This document shows, piece after piece, positions 40,055 to 52,899 of a stretch of 64,000 nt of DNA; the stretch's first letter is position 1, and the number at the start of each line of letters is the position of its first letter. The DNA lies in NCBI GenBank assembly GCA_013265495.1, contig MU058433.1, positions 222,820 to 286,819 of the forward strand, in the 5' to 3' direction. The position numbers and the translations under genes are program-made. Under the pieces are notes generated by a model. That model had not been told where the DNA came from. It made no database searches and saw nothing but the letters and a program-made list of their open reading frames with translations. This stretch comes from Vicugna vicugna. Its lineage: Eukaryota.

Positions 40055-40648
40055 ATGATGCTGAACCAAACAGAACTGACACCAGCTTCATTCATTCCTA
40101 ATGGGATCCCAGGGCTGGAGGACATGCACATGTGGATTTCCCTCCCATTCTGCTCCATGTATGTTGTGGCTGTGGTAGGGAACTGTGGACTCCTCTACCT
40201 CATTCGCTATGAGGATTCCTTGCACAGGTCCATGTACTACTTCTTGGCCATGCTTTCTCTCACTGACCTTGTCATGTGCTCTAGTACAATCCCTAAAGCT
40301 CTCTGCATCTTTTGGTTCCATCTTAAGGAAATCAGCTTTGAAGAATGCCTGGTCCAGATGTTCTTCATCTATACCTTCACAGGCATGGAATCTGGAGTAC
40401 TCATGCTTATGGCCTTGGACCGCTATGTGGCTATCTGCTACCCTCTGCGCTACTCAACTATCCTCACCAATCTTGTCATTGCAAAGGCTGGGCTTGCCAC
40501 TTTCTTGAGAGGTGTGTTGCTTGTCATTCCCTTGACTTTCATTATCAAGCGACTACCTTATTGTAGAGGCAATATAATACACCATACCTACTGCGACCAC
40601 ATGTCTGTAGCCAAGTTGTCCTGTGGAAATATCAAGATCAATGTTATC
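40055..40648 (+). pseudogene. OR52N4: OR52N4-like copy D, truncated at the start of TM5
   Basis: In frame from ATG 40055 through LCIFWFHLKEI and MALDRY to KLSCGNIKINVI, then reads into LTR sequence. I found no TM5-TM7 sequence downstream. Confidence 0.88.
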
Positions 40649-40657
40649 AATGTTATC

Positions 40658-41132
40658 AGCCTAAAAGTCGAGAGTAATGTTTTATTTGGTGGACATATCT
40701 GAGGACTTGAACCCCTTCGAGCCTGGGATGACAGCCTCTCAGATGGCTCTGAGGGACTGCTCCAAAGAGGTAGGGGAGGAGCTAGGACATGTAAGAGCTT
40801 TACAACAAAGACCAGGTAGTTGGAACAATAAAAGATTACTTGTTGTCTAAGGAAAACCGGGCATCTCAAGTTAAAGAATTTAGTGCTTTTCTATGTATGG
40901 GAGGAAGCAAACATTTGGGCTCATTGAATTCATTCCTTTGACAAGCACCCAGCTATCTAGGGCCAGTATCTTGTCTTTTATTATTCTGAGTCCTCTCAGA
41001 GTGCACCATTGTGAGCAGTTTCAGAGGCCGGGCTGCAGGCTTGTCTTCACTGGGGGGTGGCGGCAGCGCCTGAGGACTTGATGGTTTCAGCTTTCTTTGT
41101 TTACTGATAGGTTTGCAGTTTTTTCATTCACA
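40658..41132 (-). mobile_element. ERV1 LTR (MER41-like), truncated at its left end
   Basis: CCTAAAAGTCGAGAGTAATGTTTTATTTGGTGGAC, CTCTCAGATGGCTCTGAGGGACTGCTCCAAAGAGG and CAAGTTAAAGAATTTAGTGCTTTTCTATGTATGGGAGG resemble ungulate MER41-like LTRs as recalled. Ends TTCACA; no matching TSD on the left. Confidence 0.7.
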
Positions 41133-42179
41133 CCATCAACTGGAATTACTTTTAGTAACTTCATCATTGCCTTCCACCTTAAATTGAATAGGTTACTCTC
41201 CATTCTCATCCAGCATCACCTTTCAGAAATATTTAATATAATTCATTTATTCCTGCTCTCTTGAAATACATTTTTTTGACTGTAGAAGCATTAAAATTTC
41301 ACGTTTTCCCCACTTTTCACAATCAACAGTGTAGTGGGCTGACATTGGGTATCTTTGACTTGTTCTTGATGTGAATAGGATCGGGTCTGACACTCCCTGT
41401 TGAATATGATACAAGGCGGGCTTTTCTGTATATATCTTTTATTAAGTCAGTTTTTTTTCCTTTTCCTTTTTTAAATTGTTTTTACTGTAATAGATATAGA
41501 ACCGTATAAAAAAGACATATATAAAAAAGTGTGCTTCTCTGAATTGTGTATGTCTGTGTAAGTGGGTTAAGGGTAGGACTGAGCTGAATGAGTGAACTCA
41601 CCCTAAAAACTCTTCCTAGGGTTACGCAGAGAGAATCAGCTACTCGACGGCCTATCAGAGAGCCAAGCTTATAGTCTTCCCTCGCTTTGAGTGACAGAGT
41701 TCAGACGACCCAGGCCAAGCACAACATGATGCAAGAATTCCAAGTCTATTTTCAGGTGGTTTATAATTCACTTTAATATTATTTGATATCTAGAGCTACC
41801 AAACCAATTATTTTTGGAGGCCCTTCCTTTTTCAAAATTGGACAACTCCTAGAGACACAAATTGAGAGGAAATCCCTCTGCAATTTCTGTATATACAAAA
41901 CTTTAAAATATACATATAAGGAGAAAGAGATTTTATATTCTGTTTTTCCTTCAAAAAAAAAAGCAAAAATCATTCTTTAAAAAGAAAACTATTCTAAAAC
42001 ATAGACTTTAAGCACATTTATGCCTGTTTTAATAAAAGTAAGTTAGTTCTATGGAACTCAAATTAGAATGTTAGCTAAATGACAAGATGTTAATACTTGT
42101 CCCTAACTACAACATCCTCCTGGGTTTGATTATGTCAGGCTGACATGGGTTTTAAAACTTTAGGGAACTGGCTTTTTTC

Positions 42180-42349
42180 CCACCACAGCAGGCCCCTGAG
42201 ATTATCTTCACTGGTCATGAGATCTTAGAATTCATCTGCAACAGCTGTAAGCTAGCTCTGAGTATACTGAAATTCAACTATACTCAAGACAAGTTGAGTA
42301 CAGTACCTCCTACTTAAGACGAATTGAGTACAGTACACCCACAGTAAGT
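42180..42349 (+). promoter_or_regulatory. Possible promoter/5' exon of OR56B2
   Basis: O/E-like CCCCTGAGATTATCTTCA and CCACA|GTAAGTAC (GT 42344-42345). Paralogous to 7980-8117. Confidence 0.35.
42281..42340. repeat. Imperfect 30-bp tandem duplication
   Basis: TACTCAAGACAAGTTGAGTACAGTACCTCC / TACTTAAGACGAATTGAGTACAGTACACCC. Confidence 0.85.
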
Positions 42350-43589
42350 ACATAATTGGGGCCAGAGCTAATCTTTTAATCTTCTGCAGAGATTTGGGGT
42401 TGCCTGGTAGAAGAGATGGACGGCATAATAATTTCCCAATGTCTCCACAGAAATCATGAAGTGCACTTTGTGTGAAATTAACCTAAATATTGGAAAATGT
42501 ACTGACTTTGATATGTCACAATATTAGAATTTTCCATAATTACTATGCTCTAATAATATATTAAAAGTAAAGTATATTAGTACCAGTATTCTTTAGAATC
42601 ATATTCATTGTTTTGTTAATTTTATTAGATACTTTGTATATTTATAATTCTCCACAAAATCTTCCAAGCCCTAGTTTCAGCTGGCTAAGTCAGAAGTCAT
42701 CATTTTCCAGCCGCACTTAGTTTCTATAGATGTTTGTGCACGTATTTTTCTTAGCTTTCTGACTCCAAAGCAATCTCACGGTATCAGGCCTGAGTGGCTA
42801 CTGTCCTGACTGAGGAAACAGACATCTAGAACCTTATTCAAACTGACCAAATAAATATTAATTCTCCTCCTATCTTGCAAGGATTTTAACTAAGCATTTT
42901 AATAGAACTGAATTCGTAATCCAACCCCAGGAGCTAGAAACAAATCATCTTATTTTATAGAACAGAGAATCCTAGAGGCTAAGGTAGTTTTTCAAGTTCA
43001 TGGGGCCACAGAGAGCTGTTTTCATCCAAAATATCTGAGTTTTTGCTGAACTCTAAGAATAACACATTCAAGTGTGTGGTTTCAATGGGAAACTTACAGT
43101 AATTGAGAAGATACATTTTCTTAAACACCCGATAATATGTAATAATATTTAGCACAAATCAGTGGATAAATAAACACAATCCTGAAAGAATACAGCACAG
43201 TTTTCTTCCAAGCAATTTCATGTTATAAAATGTCTGTCTTAAAGTTTTCTGATATTTCCATCTAGGTCATTACATTAGCTAACCTGTGAGTCTTATTTTT
43301 TTATTTCCTTACTAATCCATTAACTTTTGAATCTCCATTACATTGAACAGAAATTGAGATGGTGGTCACCCCTGTCTTGGTCATTAAATAAGTAATTTTT
43401 GAATTTTATTTTATAATACGTATTACAAAAGTTTCCTTTTTGCCTGGTTTAAATTTATTTTTAACTATAAATAGATAAAATCAAATGCTTCTTTGATTTA
43501 TCTTAACTATATTCTTTTTATTTTTAAAAATACTTTAATACACTCTATATTTTAGAGCAACTTAGAATCACAGCAAAATTGAACAGAAG

Positions 43590-44190
43590 GCAATTCCTCA
43601 ACAAGTTAAAAATAGAATTACCATGTAATGCAGCAATTCCACTTCTGAGTGTATACCAGAAAGGACTGAAAACAGTCTGGAAGACATATTTCTACACCCA
43701 CGTTTATAGCAACATTATTTGCAGTAAATAAAACATGGAAGCAACCCAAGTGTCCATCCGTCAATGACTGGATAAGAAAAATGTGGCATGCACACACACA
43801 TACACATACACACAGGAATATTATTTGGCCTCAAAAAGGGAGGGAATTCTGCAATGTGCTACAGCAAGGATGAAACTTGAGGACATTACACTAAGTGAAA
43901 TGAGCTGGTCACAAAAAAACAAATACTTTATGATTCCATTCATATGAGATTAGAGTGATCAAAACTGTAAAGACAGAGTGTTATGGTGATTGCCAGGGGA
44001 TTGAGGGAGGAAAGAATGGAGAATTCCTGTTTAACAGTATACAGTTACAGCTTTACAAGATAAAAAGAGTAATGGGGATGGATGGTGGTGATAGTTGTAC
44101 AATGTGAGTGTATCTAATGTCATTGAACTGTACTCTTAAAAATTGTTAAGATAATAAATTTTATGTTATGTCTGTTTTACTATACACATG
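43590..44190 (+). mobile_element. L1MA/L1MB-type 3' end
   Basis: AAAATAGAATTACCATG..CAGCAATTCCACTTCTG..GCAACCCAAGTGTCCATC..GATGAAACTTGAGGACATTA. Confidence 0.8.
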
Positions 44191-44229
44191 AAAAATGAGT
44201 GAAAGACTCCAAGATATCCCATATACCTC

Positions 44230-45880
44230 CTAGCCCCATATTTGCATTTTACCTTATTTTTTAAATGTAGTTGATTACAACGAATATTTTTCTAATGCTA
44301 AATCATACATGGTCGTGCATGATATATTGATTTTTATAAGCTTGATAATTAGATTTGCTAATATTTTAAATTTAAAATCAAAACAGTCCTGAAATATTTA
44401 TTTTTGAAATACATTTTCAGTTTGAAATTATCTTAGTTTGGTAGATGGAAAGTTTTCCTCTTTTTTGTGATTTCTTAAATAACATACACAGGAGAGTAAT
44501 TACAGCTCTCAAGAAGTAGATTACACTTTAAGGTATAATTTGAAAGTTATATCTTAAATTCTCTGGCAAACTTTTCTGGTAGTGTGTATATTCCCAACTT
44601 CTGTTTAAATTTATTAGTCTGTTTTGTACACACTTTAAAATACTATATCGTCTCTAAATGTTCAATTTTGAATCCTAAAATAACTCATTATACTCTTCAG
44701 TATTTTTAAATAACTTTTTTACATGCCAAGTCTCAATTTTTTTATTTCTGTTTTCCGTTGAATACTTTCTTAGGTTTTGTCTATTTTAAGACTCCCTTTA
44801 AATAAAGTTTCATTTTCAGAGAATTCCTAATATGTTTTCCATTACATTATTGTCTTATTTTTTATTCTGTTTTCTTCGTTCAACCTGAAATTAGTTATTA
44901 TAATTCTTGCATTAAGTGATTAGTATACTAATCCATAAACATGTTTTTGTTTGCAATATATGCATTTAATGTTATAGATTTATTAAACATCACTTAACCA
45001 TATCCCTAAACTTTTAAGTTTCTTGTTGTTTTCCATTCTTTACCTTTTGTGATTTTTGTTATTATTTTATATTTGATCCAGTCATCATTTTGAATTATTG
45101 CTAAATCCAAATATATGCATTTCTTTTTTTCTTTTATGGTTATTAATGTTGTTTTTTATTTTGCTTTATGATATCTATTATATTTATTTTTTCTTCTCAC
45201 TTCTGATTAGAACTTGCCTGATATACATACTTCTATGCTTAAAATGTAATCTTATTTTTTGCATATGGGTTTAAATATAAATTATTTGGTACAAAATTGT
45301 TAATAGTGCTGTCAAATCTATATAATTATTATATTATTTTTATAATTATACTATATATAATATATATAATTACTATATAATTTTTGTTTATATGTTCAAG
45401 AAATATATTTCAAGAAATATATTTTAAACATTTTTACCACAACTTTGAATTTGTAATTCTCTACTTGAATTTCGTTCAGGGTAAAATTTTGTGTTAAGGT
45501 TCAGATAAGTCACAGATATTTTATTATCCTATTAATGGTTCCTTTCATCATTGTATAATTATCTTTTCTAATTGAATTGATGCTTTATAAGTATTTGATA
45601 TTGATATTATTAAATTGTTTTGCCTCAGTAGGAATACCTGATTTATTCTATTCATTTTTTTTCAAATTTTGTATTTTAAGTGTTTTTAAAATAGATACTA
45701 AATAGTTTTTAAAAATTTATTCTGAGAATTCCTATTTTAATCAACAATATAATTATTGTGTTTACAGATATGTATGAATTGTCTTTTTCGTGTTTTCGGA
45801 TACTCGTGATTTTATTTACTCGATTTTGACTTTAGTAAAATATTCTTTATTTCTTCTCTTTATTTTTTGGAATGATTATT
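44230..45880 (-). mobile_element. Very old antisense L1 remnant
   Basis: Long T-rich, degenerate L1-like tract. Confidence 0.45.
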
Positions 45881-47013
45881 TCTGCCCCCACTCCCACCAT
45901 CATTCCTTTACATTTTTAACATACTTAACTGTCAGTAGCTCTAAGCTCCTCATGAATAATACAAAAATCATGGACATGTAAACTGCTTAATCCTCCTTCA
46001 ATGTTTACTCATTTAAATATATATATATACTGAGTGCCTATTAAGTGTCAAGTTCTCAGGATAAACTGGTGGCATAAATGGAAAATCTAACATGCTTGGT
46101 TTCTTTGGGAGATATGTATATTGACAATGATTTAGGCATTGGTATGTATCTTTGTTCCTTCTTTGGACAGTTAGAAGCAATATTTCTAATTGCACTTTTT
46201 TGTAAGGTTGAAGCTATTTCATTGCTAAGTTGATGAAGTAATCTCATTATCAGTACCCAATACATCATGTTCAAGAACATTTTCCTGGTCAGGTTTGGGT
46301 GTTAAAATGCAAACCCATAGACACCACAGCTTTTGTTTTATACAGTATCCCTCTAGGTTACTATGACAGCTTAATCATTTTAGAAGTCAAGATTAAATTT
46401 ATTTCTTGGCTTTACACAAACACTACCATTTCACACATCACTTTCCGGACTATAAAATGGATATACTATCTGACCTCAGATATTTTAATACAAATTAAAT
46501 GATATTTCGGTGTACTTCATGAATTCTAAAGTCCTTGAATAGGACTTTATATATATATAGAAAAATATATTCTATAATCTATTACCTAAAATGACTGCAT
46601 GCATAAAAACCACTACTCTGAGTCTATACATTTGGTCTCTAAAGAAAACAACCCATTAGCAAACTCAAACTTAAGAACCAGGCTGTGATATCAAATAGCT
46701 CTCTTCTTGTCCAGTTCCATGACTTACAAGATGGAAGATAATGATCAAGGCCTTAATTTTCTCTCATGTCCTTCTCCTTTAATATGACCACCTTATGGAG
46801 TTCTTGAGATGATTAACTGAGTTACCAAACAGAAGTGTTATCACAGTTCCTATTTCATTAGAAATGTCCAACAAATGTTAGTGCTGCGATGAGAGTAATA
46901 AAGATGACGGTTTCCCCTACTTTCAATATCATTAATCTGGATACTCCTTTTCCACCACTGTCAGTGAGTTTATTAAGAATAGTAACCTTGAATATTTTTC
47001 CTCTTAGTGAAGG

Positions 47014-47979
47014 ATGCTCCAGGGTCTCAGAAACTCCAACAGCTCAAAGTTTCAAGTCTCTGAGTTTATCTTGATGGGGTTCCCAGGCATTCACAGCTGG
47101 CAACACTGGCTCTCCCTGCCCCTGGCTCTGCTCTACCTTTTAGCTCTCAGCGCCAACATCCTTATCCTGATCATCATCTATCAGGAGGCAACACTGCATC
47201 AGCCTATGTACCATTTCCTAGGCATCCTGGCTGTGGTAGACATGGGCCTCACTACAACCATCATGCCCAAGATACTAGCCATCTTATGGTTCAGTGCTAA
47301 GGCCATCAGTCTCCCTGAGTGCTTTGTGCAGATGTATGTCATACATTGTTTTGTGGGCATGGAGTCAGGCATCTTTGTCTGCATGGCTATAGATAGATAT
47401 GTAGCCATTTGTCGACCACTACATTATCCATCAATAATCACTGAATCTTTTGTGGTCAAATCAACTGTGTTCATGGCGCTCAGAAACAGCTTGTCTACCA
47501 CCCTGGTGCCTGTGCTGGCTGCTCAGAGACACTACTGCTCCCACAACCAAATTGAGCACTGTCTGTGCTCTAATCTTGGAGTCACTAGCCTATCCTGTGA
47601 TGATCGGACAATTAACAGCATCTACCAGCTAGTTCTGGCCTGGACACTCATGGGAAGTGACTTGGGTGTCATCGTTTTATCATATGCTTTGATACTTCAC
47701 TCTGTGCTGAAGCTGAACTCAGCAGAAGCTGCATCAAAAGCTCTAAGTACCTGCACTTCCCACCTCATCCTAATCCTTTTCTTCTACACAGTCATCATTG
47801 TCCTTTCCATCACGCATACTGTAAGAATGACTATTCCCCTCATCCCAGTTCTACTCAATGTACTGCATAATGTCATTCCTCCCGCTCTCAACCCCATGGT
47901 CTATGCCCTCAAGAACAAGGAGCTCAGACAGGGCTTCTATAAGGTTCTTAAGCTAAATATCAAGGACAACAATGCATAG
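47014..47979 (+). CDS. OR56B2: Olfactory receptor 56B2, intact 321 aa
   Basis: [57 protein letters not shown] and [10 protein letters not shown] match human OR56B2P as recalled. Acceptor TTTTTCCTCTTAG ends at 47007. Confidence 0.88.
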   Translation: MLQGLRNSNSSKFQVSEFILMGFPGIHSWQHWLSLPLALLYLLALSANILILIIIYQEATLHQPMYHFLGILAVVDMGLTTTIMPKILAILWFSAKAISLPECFVQMYVIHCFVGMESGIFVCMAIDRYVAICRPLHYPSIITESFVVKSTVFMALRNSLSTTLVPVLAAQRHYCSHNQIEHCLCSNLGVTSLSCDDRTINSIYQLVLAWTLMGSDLGVIVLSYALILHSVLKLNSAEAASKALSTCTSHLILILFFYTVIIVLSITHTVRMTIPLIPVLLNVLHNVIPPALNPMVYALKNKELRQGFYKVLKLNIKDNNA

Positions 47980-50613
47980 AGGATGCTCACTTCTCTAATT
48001 TCTCCAGATAGCTACCCAGTGCAATATCCAACGAGTGCTTAATGGGAGAAGAATTAAGGAAAGGGGGCACTGCACATCTTTTCAGTTATTGTAATGAGTC
48101 CGTGGCAACAACTGAAACTTAAAAAGAAAAAAGCAAAGCAGGTAACAGGCATATTTGAAATCACTGGTTTCAAGCAAGAATCCTCATCAAGAAGAGTAAC
48201 ATTATGATGTTTATTGTGTCATGGGATGCAAGGGAAAAGTAAGTGACATATGCTACCTGGATTTCCTCAGACCTCTCTTTTTGTTTCACTTATCTTTCAT
48301 ATGTCTCCTTGCATTCTTTTTACTTATCTACTTTTTAGTTTACAAGAAAGAAACTACTGATTATGAAAATCAATCATATTTATTAGTTCAAAACATTTCT
48401 GAATCAATTGGAATAATTTTTTCCTCTGTTACAAATGCTCAGCAAGCATTCTCATTTTCTGGGTTTGGTTTGGGAAATCCTTTCTGGAATAATTAACCAT
48501 TATCCAAGAGCCTTATCTTCCATGCATCACTCAATAAAGGGCAGAAATAATGTCCTTGGATATCAGCAAAACAATAGTTAAAAGTCATGAGAATAGTACA
48601 TTTTTAAGGGACCATCAAAACATTGCAATTTGAAATGTCTAGGAGAAAACTTGAATATTAACAGAAAGAGATGTCTTTAATCTTTGTAAAACCTTAAAAG
48701 TTAAATATGATTAGAGCATCTTCATATTTTCTTATTTTGAACTCAGGGCTTCTAGGATTATTAAGCTACTTTGGGGCTTGTGTACTTTGTAAGGTGACTC
48801 CCTAAGGTTCCATTTTGATAAATTGGGAAAGGATGAAAGGGCAGTTTCCAGAAAGAGGAGGAATATTACTGGCAACAACGAACAAAACAAACAAAACATT
48901 CAATGTAATGTATATTGGTGTGGGGATACACTCTCATAATTTTCAATGTGTATAAAAATATATAGCCAGCATTACAAATGAAATGTGCCAGGGCTTTTTT
49001 CATATTGCCAATACCATAGTTACACAATTCTTAAAACGTTTTTCAAGGATTATAACCAAAAGACTATGTCATGTTCAAGATAATTTTTGGTCATTTTTAA
49101 GCCTTTTATTCTTCCATCCCAGACTGCTCGCGTTTTTCAAGCAGGCTTCATCTACTTAAAGTCATCCTCTCTCTTCAGTCAAACTTTATCTGGGAACTTC
49201 TCTAAGTCATCTTAGAGCCAACACAAATATTTCTTAATTTACTATCTATTGTTTATTTATTTACCCTGTCATTCACTTAACCACTCAATTGACATAGATT
49301 GCAGAAATGCAGGTGGTAAAATAGGAAAAAAAAAATAGAAATTCGTGGAAATAGGGCCAAGCTAAATATGAACAAGAAAATATCATCTAATTACAAAACT
49401 CAGAAACAGAAATTCATACCATGCTTCTTGAAATTGCCACAACTGGGATTCAAGTTTTCCTTCAACCACTTTGGTGATGAAAAAAGAAGAATTCAAAAAT
49501 TATAAATTTTATAAAAAGCTGACTCAAAACTAGTTGTTCTGAAAAGGCCCCTGAAACTGAGCTGGGAGAAGTGTTATTTTACAAAAGTCCTAATCAATAT
49601 AACACATCGTTGTAATTTATGGCATTCCCAACAGCATCTTCCATAATGAAAATAATTGATGTTTCTAGTTGTTTCTTTTGTGTACCTCATAAGACCAAGG
49701 AAATAGTAAGAAATGAAGATTCAGTAAAAACAGCTTTGTAAGGATACAACATTGATATCTTTGTGGTCCTGGTCTAAAGTTCTCTATCATTCTTCCTAAT
49801 TTATAGTTGTAAAATTGCAAATACACAGATGCATGCAAGGATTGGATTTCCTTCAGTTAACCCTTCATTAATATTACAACTATCTGGACTTTTAAAATGT
49901 ATTCAAAGTTATCAATACTAGAAGGAATTATGAGTACAGCTAGTATAATATGTTGTTAATCAAGTGATAATTTATGGTTTTTGTTAATCAACTAATTAAA
50001 TGATAGATATAGGCTTGACCTAATAAAAGCCAGAAGATCTCTCACTTGCATCATCAGAGAACCTTCCTAATTCTCACAATACAGCAGTTCATCTCTTAGT
50101 GTATGTGCCTGTTATCCATCTGTCTGCCCCTCCGGACCAAATATCCCATGAAAATGTTAATAACTTATTCATGTCTCTACCAATAGTATTTTAGCATAAT
50201 GCCAGGTAGGTACTATAAGTTCTAAATGAATACTTTTAATTGAGCTAATCGATTTTCTTCACTTTAAATATTGCAGTCATTAATTTATAATTTATATCAC
50301 AATTAACATAGTACCTAGCTCACTGTGAGGTTTTTAGACATGTAGCTTCTCCAGAGGATACAAGTACTGTGGAAGAATTCTGAGACGTACAAGAGTATAT
50401 TTAAGAGATCCACTGAATCTCACATGACCATCTGGGGAAGTTTCAAGTCTACTTCTAGGTCTCATCTGATTCGTATAAAGCTGTAGAATCATGTATAACT
50501 TCAGAGAGAGGAACTACAATGAGCTAGGGCCTGTATCTGTAAGTCAAAACCATAGGCTGATATAAGCAATTTACTGTGTTTTAACATGCTATGGATCTTA
50601 GAGTATTGGATAC

Positions 50614-50617
50614 AAAA

Positions 50618-50648
<31 letters not shown>

Positions 50649-50651
50649 TAT
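50614..50651. repeat. (A)n(TA)n microsatellite
   Basis: Read directly from the sequence. Confidence 0.95.
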
Positions 50652-51196
50652 TTCTTACACTGGATGTCTCAATAGAAGTCAAGAGGAGGATTTAAAATAT
50701 AACTCAATAAAATCAATTCCTGAAGCTTTAAGTAGTGTATGTCTGTTACGATGTATTTCATTTTCTAATTCAAGAATAAAATAAAACACAGCTATTCTCT
50801 TCAGGCAAGTTTGTCATTAATAGTATTCATTTTATTTGAACTCTTGTTAAAGGTTTGAATTCATTCAGTAGCAACAAGCTAGGGGTCAATAGATCTTCAT
50901 TCTTCTTGAAAATTCATCCATATTGCTTGTGATAGTAAGGATGAATTATATATCTTACTTGGATTAAATAGAAATAAAGCCTTCATCTGCATTGATGAAA
51001 AAAACTAAGATATGTCTCTAAAATGACCTTTAAAAACTGTATGATAAGCATATTTACATGACTCCCTTCACCTCTAGATTTGAACCTTTCCTTGATAGAA
51101 ACTGTAAAATATTCAGAGATGTAAAGTCAGCACATTCTGTAATGCCAAGCACCTTTTCAATGTATTATATTTTTGATTAATAGAGTAAGTTTTCAC

Positions 51197-51378
51197 ACAC
51201 AAGGACCTACTATATAGCACAGAGAACTATATTCAATATCTTGTAATAGCTTATGTTGGAAAAGAGTCTGAAAAAATATATCTGTAATATGAATAATTGA
51301 ATCACTTTGCTGTACACCTGAAACTAGCATAACATTGAAAATCAACTATAATTCAATAAAAATAGATGAACAAATAAA
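51197..51378 (+). mobile_element. 5'-truncated L1 3' end (cetartiodactyl type) with TSD
   Basis: AAGGACCTACTATATAGCACAG..CACTTTGCTGTACACCTGAAACT..AATAAA. 15-bp TSD AGAGTAAGTTTTCAC (51182-51196) / AGAATAAGTTTTCAC (51379-51393). Confidence 0.85.
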
Positions 51379-52899
51379 AGAATAAGTTTTCACTGTAAAT
51401 TTATGCCACAATTAGTTCATTGCCTGCCTCATTACTGCAATCAGCTAAAATTTTTGAGCCACAAATATTATATTACCTTAAAAATCAAACATTGCTACTT
51501 TGTTTTAATTAATATTTTAATTGAGGTATAACAAACACACAGAAGAAAATACAAGTCATGACTACACAGCTTGATGAATTATTTATCATGAAAAGAACAC
51601 AAACCAGGACAGAAATGTGTTCCCCAGCTGAATTGCTCCACTCATACCCCTTCCCAGTCAGTAACCACTCACTTGAATTCTATCAACATCAATTAGTTTT
51701 TCCTGCTTTTGAACTTTATATAAATACCATCTTGTTATTAATCAAGCAGGAATTATATGTTATTTATATTATATTATATGTTATATGTTATATTTTATGT
51801 TAATTCCTACTGCAATGAATGCTGTTATCCATAATTCCTAGAAGTCCTATGTGATTCTCGTATGTTTCATAGTTCTGTATTTTCTATTTTTTTCTTAGGA
51901 GTATTTTGGAGGAAAGTCGATGATTGAATCAAGATTTTCCAACTATTATTTGAATGATATAAATTTTTATGTTCATTTTTTTCCGTCACAACCAGTAGTT
52001 GTTTAAGATAAAGAAATATATTGCACCAGTTGAAGACTTCGGCTCTGGGATACACAGACCAAGTGTCATCCTAACTTGGCCTCCTATTGTCTGTATGACT
52101 AAAACAATTAGTCAAACTCTGACATTCTTCACTAAAATGTGGATAATAATGTTACCTTTTATCCAAACTGTAAGTATTAGTACATAGTGTCAATAAATAA
52201 ACACTGTGATTACTAAATGTGTGATTACTGTACTTCAGATACCTACCCCATACTGCAGGACAGCCCCGCAACCCCTACAGAATATCATTTGTGAGTTAGT
52301 GCCTCAGTTGCATTTTTAAGACATTAATAAAACACCTTTTAAAACCCTTTTACTGGGATGTCTCAGAGTTTTACATGGTCTGCAGAGTTTTGCAGCAAGT
52401 ACTAAATTCAATTTAATTGGACTGCAAGTGTGTTTCTAGTGTTTTCCTGGAAGGCATAGACAATCTTAACCAAATATCAATGTTAACATAATAAACTAAC
52501 AGCATATGCCTTTAGTGTGATGCACTGAGAATGACAAAATAGGTAATACATATTTGAAAAATGTACAATCTAAATCTAATCATAAATAATATTCAGACAA
52601 ATCTGAGTGCAATTCTATGAAAAAACTTCAAAAATATCAATTTTATAAAATTAGAAGAAATTCAGTTCAATTCAGTTTTAAAAGACTAGAAGTGGTAGTT
52701 AAGAATAATTTATAATCTTGGCTTGGGAAACAAAAATTTACCATGTAGAATATTATGGGGAAGATTGAAAGGATTTGTATAAAAACTGTATATCAGTTAA
52801 AAATTTTACATGAATTTTTAAGTCTATAAATTTGACATTGTACTGAACAAGAGAGAGAGAAACAGAGAAGAGAGACACAGCAAGATAATTTCAGTGACT

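Noticed and set aside
41580..41760. Slightly CpG-rich unique stretch upstream of OR56B2
   Set aside because: Too short for a CpG island, and I could not assign an RNA gene, repeat or coding match.
42281..42350. 30-bp repeated unit as a CRISPR-like array (also the 44-bp unit at 14545)
   Set aside because: Only two adjacent copies, no spacers, and a eukaryotic context; these are simple tandem duplications.
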